The translations under genes were made by a program, and so were the position numbers. A DNA stretch of 44,264 bases from Conidiobolus incongruus B7586. Lineage: Eukaryota. The stretch lies in assembly GCA_000697335.1 (NCBI GenBank), contig JNEM01013449.1, positions 1-44,264 of the forward strand, given 5' to 3'. Positions 34,753 through 44,264 of this stretch are shown here, piece after piece; the first letter of the stretch is position 1; each line of letters starts with the position of its first letter. The notes beneath the pieces are model-generated. The model worked only from the letters and a program-made list of their open reading frames with translations. It made no database searches and was not told where the DNA came from.

Positions 34753-36040
34753 CTATTCCCAAACACCCCAATCGTCATCACCCTCTTCTTTGTTCTCTTC
34801 TGTAACTGTTTCATCAACCTTTCCGGAGTGGCTGTCTTCACCCTTGTGGGATGATGAGGGGTTTTCAGATTCTTCATTACCACTGCTGACCATATCGTAG
34901 CTATCTGTATGGGAAGAGGGGTCGGCGCCAGATTGAGAGTGTTGAGAGGACTTGGATTCGGCTTGGGAGGTGTTGGAGTCGTTAGGATTGACGTCATCCT
35001 CTTCATCCTGTTGATCTTCGCCCCACGAGTAAATCTCTTCATTGGTAGTGAGAGAGCTTTCAGCAGCTTCCTTGCGTTTAGCTTCCAAGAGATCTAATTG
35101 ACGGACGTGGAAGAAGTATCTGCACCAAAAGATACCGTTATCAATGACATTAGGAACTAATCTTCCATGAATCTTTTCTAATTGAGGGCTTGAGCGCAAT
35201 AAATGATTAATCTGTTCTTGATGCGTTTCCAAATCGAATTTTTCGGAGAAGTTGATATAGGCTTCGTGATATTTATCGTCTTCTAGAGGATCATCCACAA
35301 AGGTGGAAGTATTGGATTGAAGGGCCAAAATTTGCATCTCTCTACGATCGGTGGCGATACGCTTTTCGGATTTGGTACTGGATTCTGGTGCTTCCACTTC
35401 GATGACTTGTTTTAAAAATGAGTTGAAGCCTTGCGTTAATTTGTTAATTTCGGCACTTTGAAATAATTTATCTGGTTTGAAAGATGAGAAGAAACCTGAA
35501 GTCTTGGGCTTATTCTCAGTCTCTCTCTGTTTTTCTTCCCCAGCTTGAGATGTTTCAGGTTCTTCTTTATTAGTTGCTTGAGCTTGAAACTTTTGATAAT
35601 TTTCTTGTAGGTTGGTCGATAATTTATTCCAAGTTGAATTTAAAGTAGTGCTAGCATAATTGGCGTCTTGTTTTACATTTTCGTATAAAACATTTAAATC
35701 TTTTTTATAAATTTCCGAAATTTCTTCAGACTATATTAAAATAATATGTTGAATAAAATAATGGATTTTAGTAATATATAAAATATAAATTTACCTTCTT
35801 TTTGACAGTATTAAATAATTTACCAAAGGTGGCAGATAAATCGTTTTCGGATTGAGGTTTGTCATTATCAGGATCTTGTTGACTAGTACCTTCCCCAGAG
35901 TCATCAGATGAAGTTTGTTTTTTATTATTATCCAACTTAATTTTAGGTACTTTTTCAGCTACTTTATTCACTAATTTTTCTAATTCTTTAGCATTTTCAT
36001 CACTTACAGTAGCATAATTATATTCTGCAAATCCTTCCAT
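34753..36040 (-). CDS. BSD-domain protein (BSDC1/Dos2-like), ~407 aa; intron 35794-35731
   Basis: TFVDDP, LLRSSPQLEKIHGRLVP and FWCRYFF motifs, with an acidic tail ending DDWGVWE. The GT-AG intron preserves the frame. Confidence 0.92.
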
Positions 36041-37032
36041 TGTTTATTTTATTTCAATTAATATTATTCAATTAGTATTTGTTATCATTCTTATCCTGTT
36101 AAAATATATTGATAATTTATTGTGGGAATTTTATATGAAAATTATTATTGAAAATGAATAGTCAAAATTTATAGTATTAACCTAGTTAAAATTGTAATAG
36201 TGTTATTTTATTTAAAACAATATCTTTTTCTTAGAATTACATAAATTAATTAAAGTTAATTTTTTTTTCATTATTTACCAATTAAATATTGATTATTAAT
36301 ATTAATTAATAATCAATATCAAATTCGCCTAATTACATAAGTCATTAAAAAAATACATCTACACATATTTAAATTAGAATCACAATGATATTGATAGCTT
36401 TTGAGAATAACTAATTTGAGTTAAATAAATACAGAATGTGATTAAAAATATTCATAATTGAAAATCATAATTTTTAAAATTTTAATTGTATTTAAATACT
36501 ATTATAAGTATATAAGATAATTAGTTTTATATTAAAATTAATTAATTAATTATTAATTTTCATATAAAATTTATTTATTATAAAGTTAAATATTTGAAAT
36601 TTAATTTATATTTCACTTTTGCTAGTATAATTCAAAATTAACATTCCAAACATTTCATTATATATGTTTTGAATATTCAATATTATTAGTAAATAAATTC
36701 AAGTTTAATAATAGCTCATTTTATTAAATATTTTAATTGAACTATAATTATATTTTGATTTATATATAATGAAAATATGATTTTCATATATAATATATAT
36801 CAGATAAGCACTTTTCTAAAAAAAATTTGGAGTATTTTATATATTTTGAATAATATTATATTAACAAAATGATAAGTGATGAATAATTTAACGAATTAAG
36901 TATTGTAATTCAAGGTTAAATAAATATAAGTTATATTTTATATTGATAAATATGAATAATTTAACTATAGTCAATTATTATATTATGTTGTATTAATATA
37001 TTTAGTTAGTAATTTATTAATTAATAAATAAT

Positions 37033-40000
37033 TTACAAGATCATGGTTGTTTTGGTTAAATTATCATTCATGTGCAAGTTGGACTCATCAAGCTCTATGG
37101 AAGGTGCTAATACACTGACGTTGTTCATACTCTTATCCCTAGGCTCTAGCATGAGACTTCTATGGTAGTGATCCTTGCTATGGTCTGCAATGTTTCCCTT
37201 AGCGGTGAGCTTGGGCTTACTTTGAGTGTTGAGGGGATCGAAGGACTTGATCTGTGTCTTGAGCACGTCACACAGTTCGTCCAAATTGTCGTTAGCGAAG
37301 TTGTAGGGTACTTGAAAGTGTTCAATTTCGTCTACTACTTTGACAAGACGGGTGAACTTGTCAAAATTGATGTATTCGATGCTGGGGCCACTAGGTTGCT
37401 CCGGCTTCTTTTGAGGCGAAATGGGATGAGCTACTTTGGATGGAGCATGGTGGGGTGGATTTGGTGGTGGCGTTTCAATTTGACTAATGTCGAGATTATG
37501 CTTCTTATCCGATGACATCAGTGGAACAGTCTTATAAGTGGGATTTCCTTGATGAATAAAAGTAAAGTCAGTTAGATAGATACCAAAGAACGGGATACAA
37601 GGTGGCGAAGTGTCTCTTAGCTTAGTGCGATAGGTGTGGAAATTCTTTTTGGGATCGAATGTTTGATTCAAATGATCAAAAATTGTTCTGAATTGAGTTG
37701 ACACCAAACACCAGGTGTCATTAAGACGTGAAATTGCGCTAGAGTTAAGACCTGAGAGGACCGCCATGAGAGAGTTGAAATTTGCTAAGCTGTATAATTT
37801 CTCAGCAACACGCACAAATGATTTGAGTGTGTTCCCGCGTTTTCGAATATCTTGCTCAGCTAGAATTGTTTCAATAACCCAGGTGGTTACCTGGTTATTC
37901 CAATCAGACATTTTCTTCACAGTGCTAGCATGTCCCTGTTCTGTGGATCTCATTAAATGTTGAGGCTGGATGGCACAGAATAATTCGGAATCAATTGCAG
38001 TCAAAACCTGTGCGAGTTGCAAAGGATCCCAGTCCTGGATAGGATGCTGAGGAGTCAGAGTAGCATTACCCAGGGGAGAGCTGCTTGTCATGATTGACAT
38101 ATTGATGGAATCATTATGGGAATGATTTTCATTGAATCTGGATATGCATTTGTACTTTGCATTCATGATTGGTGCATTGGTCGATCCTGCACTTTTAGAA
38201 TTCAAGATATCCTGTGCTAGCTGAGTCAATCTTGCAGCTCCACTAGGCAAAATCTTTGATAAATAGCTAGTGGCAAATTGTCTTACCAGTGGGATAACAG
38301 GATAGTCTTCATGGAAATAATACATTTCAATCCAACATTTCAGTGCGTTATACACCCTTATATCCTTAGGAGTAGGCTTGCCATCAAACTCATTACCTTC
38401 AAACTGCTCTCTGAGCGCATAAAACAACTCCTCAGGAGTTGCAAAGTATCTAAAGGATAAAAAGAACACTCTCATAAATTTGGAATCAGATGCTTTGTTG
38501 TCGGGAGTCAGCATTTCAATTAGCGCATTCCATGTAGCCAGCCTTAATTTGCCCGAAGAGCTGTGGTATTGAACTTGCGAAATCTTACTCTTTGTCCTAC
38601 CGTGCATCTTTTTGAGTTGAACTTTTGGTGCTGATTTGGATAACATTAAGTCATCATTAGATGATCGATCAAACGTGACATCTTCGGGACTAGAAGGAAT
38701 AGATGAATCGTAGTCTGTTTCGTTGGTAGTATCTGATAGACTGTGGAGATCTGCGGGTTTAACAGGAAAATTAATATCGCCCAATCCACTGTCTTGAGTT
38801 ACTCCCCTCGTTTTAAATAGTGAAAGTAATCTAGATTTGAGTGATAAAATCGGGCATTCTGGACTTGTCATCTTCTTTAACATCATATGAGATGCACGCT
38901 TCCATTCATTCTCCAAGTTAACATTGGGTTTCTTGAAAATAGACATTACTTGACGCGATCCTATTTGCTTTGGCGAGTGTGACAAAAGACTTGAAGTGGC
39001 CAAATAGCCCAATGTGGACTGACTTTGGCTCAATTGAATATATACTTTATGTAGATCTCTGGTTAAATCATAGCCCAGCTTCCAAAATGAAAGATCCAAA
39101 GGAAACATTCCAGTGACTGCCATATTTACCGACACAACAAGGTTATTGATAATATGATCCATCCAGCTGAGTAATTCGCGCTGGGTAGTGATGAGTCGAG
39201 CTAAAATCGGATGAGGAAAATCTTCTGAATTTAAAAACTCTATGCTCAATTCCTCTTTCATCTGAAGCCAGCTCAATAGAGAAATCAGATTGCCGATTGA
39301 GCCCAAATACGATTGTAAATTCGGAAGAAAACTAACCGATATATCATCTATTTTTTTGTGAAAGGCGTTGGTAGGGCATCTCGGAGGTACCGAAGCGACG
39401 TTGGGGAACTTGTATAAATGTTGATTTAGTAGCTTTTCAAATGTAGCCCAACTTTGACCAATTCGCTCACTCAATATCTCAATCCTCAGAGTTAGTTTAA
39501 AGTCTGTTAATGGGCCCAATTCACTGCTTTTAATCACCTTGGGATGCAATAAATTCAATTGGTTAGGATCATTGATGATTTTAGCAGTTGTTTGGAGGTG
39601 AGCAATATAATTTTTAGCACATGTAATTGCATAATTTAAAGAGGTATCGCAGAATTCATTCGCAATAGGTAAACTCCAAGATCCTGCTGATTCCATTAAA
39701 TCCACCGCCAGTCTGGATGCTGAGTCGACCAATTGCTGACTTGCAATATATATAGAATCCTTTGATAGATCAATTTCTGAATTAAGTATTAAATCTTGAG
39801 CTCGGCTCGGAGAAACTTTTAGAAGCCTAGTAGTTAACCTTGCAAGCTCCACTACTAAGTTTGGGTATTTATGGCGATGACGATGTCGTAAAGCGAGTTT
39901 AATCTCTGTGAAAAGAGCTACTACCTTTAATATCATTGCATCCCAAGTTAAGGGTAGCGGCGGTTCATCACCTGTCCAATCTGCAGGCGTTAGAGGAATT

Positions 40001-40250
40001 GGATTCTCCGGAGACGTGACAACAGTTTGCCCAGTAAGTCTGATTGCTAATACCCATACTAGCGATAATATTTTAACATCTCCAGAGTCTGCCTTAGCTT
40101 TTAACAACTCTTCAATTGCATTTTTATGTAACTGAAATAAAGGGAGATCGTCTTGAACCTATATTTATTTAATATTTATATCAGGTTTTATTGATTTTTT
40201 TTTTACAAAAAGGGATCATATTTTTTATTTACCTCAGCTATCGAAGCCAT
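37033..40250 (-). CDS. Ras guanine nucleotide exchange factor (REM + CDC25 domains), ~1047 aa; intron 40232-40159
   Basis: REM motif FFLSFRYFATPEELF; CDC25 motifs NFNSLMAVLSGLNSSAISRL and PPCIPFFGIYLTDFTFIHQGN. A MASIAE micro-exon (40250-40233) splices in frame. Confidence 0.93.
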
Positions 40251-42359
40251 AGTTAATAAATTATATTAAATGAAAATCAGAACTAGGAATTATTTACAAT
40301 ATGACAATAACTTAATATGATTTATTATGTTGAATTTTATATTTGATGATTATGGTTGAATAATGGTAGACTGTAGATAGTGCTATATAAATATTTTTGA
40401 AATAAAATATATTACAAATGTAAGGATCAATCAAGTACTTATATGTTTTAATATTTCCACACCCACACCAGAGATCCCTTCATTATTGAATTTCATAAAT
40501 TCAGGCATTAACCACTCAGTACAACGTTTCCAAAACTATCAATGAATTCCACCAATCACAGATGCTAGGCTAAATTAATGATAACCGCCTCACTGATTCT
40601 ATTACCATGAAATAGATGAATTACTCATTTTCTGAATGGAATATAATGATAAAATAATCGATTTTCAAAATGTGTGAATATTGAGAAATAATCCATTCAA
40701 TTTAAAAACTTTTTAGTCGCCTAATGATTCAATATTAACCATTTGAAAAAAGCGTGCATATTCAAGTAAAAGTTTAAACTGTTATGGCTATTTTTATAAA
40801 TCACAGTTATATACTTTGAATTAAATTCAATATTCTTTCTAAATCAATTTGACTGATACAATCTTAGATATAATTTATTTTAAAATTGAATGAATATAAT
40901 ATTAATTTTCAATAATATATATATATTATTTTTTATAATTTTTATATTGATTTCAATTTATGTATAAATAAATAAAAAAGAATTCAAGTAATAAGGTAAT
41001 TTGTAAATTAAGAACTAGTTTTAATCAAAATTTGATATATATATCCTGATATAATTGGAAATATTTTGACTTCATATATTAGGCATCTTGTATTAAGACT
41101 ATTAACAAAGATTTAGTTGGATATTCACTTTATTCACCTTTATATCCATAATCAATTTCACTATATAATATATTCGGAAATGTTTTTTATTTTCGTATCT
41201 CGTATAAATTTATAGTATACCAGTAATGGTATAGTTGAAAATCTTCACCGTAACCAAAATTGACAAATATAGCTGATAAATATATATTCTGCTTATAATT
41301 TAGAATAATAAAAATTACTCAAATCAATTGATTTTTGATTAATTCATTGAAAAATTGTATTTTATAACAAGAAAATGAGTGAGTTAACCATAATTACCAA
41401 AAATCTGGAAAAAGTTACTATTTCTTTCATCAAATATAGAATATTTCAGACATACTACTATTTCAATATTTACCAAAGTGCTGGGTTTTTTATTTAGTTA
41501 TGGATATTGTTGAAGTCCTTTGTATATATCAATGAAATCAAGATATTTATAATGTGCCGAATTGGGATGCATAATTCAAAAACTCATTTTATTTATACAT
41601 CAGTATTATATTTTGATTGAAATTTCGAATATCAAATATTATGATGAAAATAAAATCATAAAAATTTTAATAATAGTTGTTTGAAAATTTATAATGATCT
41701 ATAAATAAATCATATAATTCAATTATTTCAAAATATTAATATCCATATTTTTATTGATTCCTAATAGATAAAAACACTTTATCTATAGAAAAAAATAATA
41801 ATTCTCCCTATTATTCAACTTTTTTATTATGCATGCCAGAATAATATCAAAACCCTAATATTGATTTTCAATGAATTCAATTGAAAAAGGTTTTTATCAC
41901 TTTTTATTATATACATTTGATATAATTATGAACAAACACAATATAAATTTTCATTTTCTTAACAATTATTTCATCGACATTGTTAAAAAATATAATAATA
42001 TCACTAACAAATTATTATATTATTCGGACCCAGGAAAATATTTCCTTAATTTTTAATATGAAATAATTCAGTTATCAAAATTCTGATTTCCTTCTTCTAA
42101 ATCTTGTATTTTGAATAGTTTCAGAATTTCCAATTTTTATACTAATTTGGAAAAAAATCGAATCTTTTTGTAGATCAACATACGTAAATATTTTGTTATA
42201 AATTTATAATTATTAAGAAATTTTATTACATTGTTGCATATATTAATTATTTGAATAAATAATTTTTACTATTACTATTTAATAAAACACCGCTAAAGAA
42301 GATATATCAGCTGATTTGACAATTTCAAAATATTATAATATTTACTAAATATTAATATT

Positions 42360-42681
42360 CCTCTGGGCCTGACGTTTGCGAGTAGTACGTATACAACTGG
42401 AAGGGAAATATTTTACGTGTGGTTAGCTTGGTAACTGGGGATAAGGTGTTTTATTGGAGTTTAATGGGCTTCAAAGTAGATCAGAGGTAATATTGAAAAT
42501 GCATCTCGAAGATTTTCCTTTTTGACCATTCGTCTGCCGTAGGTGATGTAAATAAGGGTATTGGGTTTTTAGAAGAATGAAACTTTGAAGAATCATGACG
42601 GGTATTGCGAGGTTAAATCACCATGAAGCAATGGATTGCGAGACGAACTTGGTTGGGCAGGCTTTTATCTAGGTAATCACA
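42360..42681 (-). mobile_element. Possible degenerate solo LTR or other repeat fragment
   Basis: GC-richer island of about 320 bp. The minus strand begins TGTGAT and has AATAAA in its 3' third. No matching CA end or target-site duplication was found. Confidence 0.35.
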
Positions 42682-44264
42682 TTAAAATATATATTGACTT
42701 GATGATAATTTAATTTAAATATATAAATTCATATAATTGTGTGATTATATGATTATCATTATATCAATTTTGGTGATAATGTTTAATCAGTCCCAAATTT
42801 AAGATCAAATTTTGAAAAAGATTATTTAATATAATTTCTAGAAATAATACTTTGTAATTGATCGAAAAAAAGATAAACATTAAAATGTGAGAGAAGATCC
42901 TTATTACCAATTGAATATATATTAATTTGAAATAGATTATATTAATAATACAAAATATTTTGCTTAATCCCAGCTATTATATTTTCCATTCTTAAATTAT
43001 GATACACTGAAATATTAGGATATTACTTAACGGAATAATCGATAAATTTATATCTATTTTCATTTAGATTCTATATGATGTTTCTTACTAAAAAATTCAA
43101 GTAATATAAAAACATTATAGCATTTTGTGATTTTTCGTCATTCCTAGGTTAAATATTAATTTTTTTTACTTTGTGCTGATTTTATAATAATTAAATAATA
43201 TAAAGAATGTAAGTATATCGAAGGCTCAGATCACCAAAACCACTAATTTTTTAAATTGATTTATTAATCTAATTTAAACTTAAAATATAGACAATATATT
43301 GATAATAATGATATAATTATTGATATGGTGTAATAGATATAACTACAAAATTTTAATTTAATTTTAAATATTTGTTATTCAATTGATGTGTTTAATTTGT
43401 TTAATTAAATTATGCATAATAATATGCATTATGGTTATAATCAATCAACTGATATTCGTTTTAACCATATTAGAAGATGATGCAATATATAACCTGAAAT
43501 GAAGCTATTTCAATGTACCTATTATATCTAAAGATATTTTGATTGACACATTTACTTTTGATTAATAAATCTTTTACATCTATTAAAAACCTTGTATTTT
43601 TAATTTTTAATTTTTTCAATTTATATAATTATGTGATATATGGTCAACGCTCGTTTTCCGACAGTTGGGATAATTTTTCGGATAGATAAATGATTAAAAT
43701 AACTTATCTAAGTAATGAAATATCACTATAATAACTTAAAAACTAGAACTTGATAATATTATTTTACTTTTGTTATATGTGTTGATATTTCAATTTATAT
43801 GGTTTGATATTAATATTTATAATTCCAATATATTTTGTTACAATATATTTTATTACCTAGTTTGATAAAAATACCATGACTTTTATTATTAAAAAATATT
43901 ATTATATCATGATTATCATTAATCAATATTGTTTTTCGTATTTATATAACATATTTTAATTAATTAACTTTTATTCTTTTTATTATTATTTATCATTATC
44001 TGAGAAATGATTTACAATATTTTTTATATTAGGATTTATTTGATAACTTTGAAATAATATTATTTATATAATTGTTATAGTAAATTTCTTATTGATTGTA
44101 AAATAATTAAATAATTTTTTTGAAAAAAATAATGATAACAATATAATAATAATATAATTGAATCTTAATATAGTGAAAAAAATTAAATTAATTATAATAA
44201 AATTTAAATAATATATCTATTAATTTATTTAGGGTTTAAATATATTAGCTAATATTAATATATT

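Noticed and set aside
36286..36319. 15-bp inverted repeat upstream of the BSD gene
   Set aside because: Almost entirely A/T in an extremely AT-rich region, so chance or slippage is plausible.
43639..43663. pogo-like TIR resemblance (also at about 3636 and 31859)
   Set aside because: No partner inverted end was found and the similarity is too short.

Overview
This is very AT-rich eukaryotic DNA with short (44-74 bp) GT-AG introns. Gene content fits an early-diverging fungus, possibly Conidiobolus-like; that taxon is inferred. There is no CRISPR array, rRNA or tRNA. The first 17 kb holds a minus-strand cluster of intronless secreted-protein genes: a 591-aa PEKPT(N/Y)PG repeat protein, a family of cysteine-free proteins with alternating beta-strand motifs (DADVxANV, LDLDILN) and Tyr/Gly/Pro/Arg-rich linkers, a truncated paralog, and a small 2-Cys protein. 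Several of these genes share an upstream CTCCTTTTT...AAAGGAG inverted motif. The cluster is the best candidate for an undescribed system, possibly a spore-surface amyloid or adhesive. The rest holds tiny single-TM genes, a solo LTR, a possible structured ncRNA, a MEAK7-like TLDc gene, a RIM4-like RRM gene, two HSP20s, a DUF1640 gene, a BSD gene and a RasGEF. Two DD34D mariner copies were inactivated by RIP-like CpA/TpG to TpA changes.
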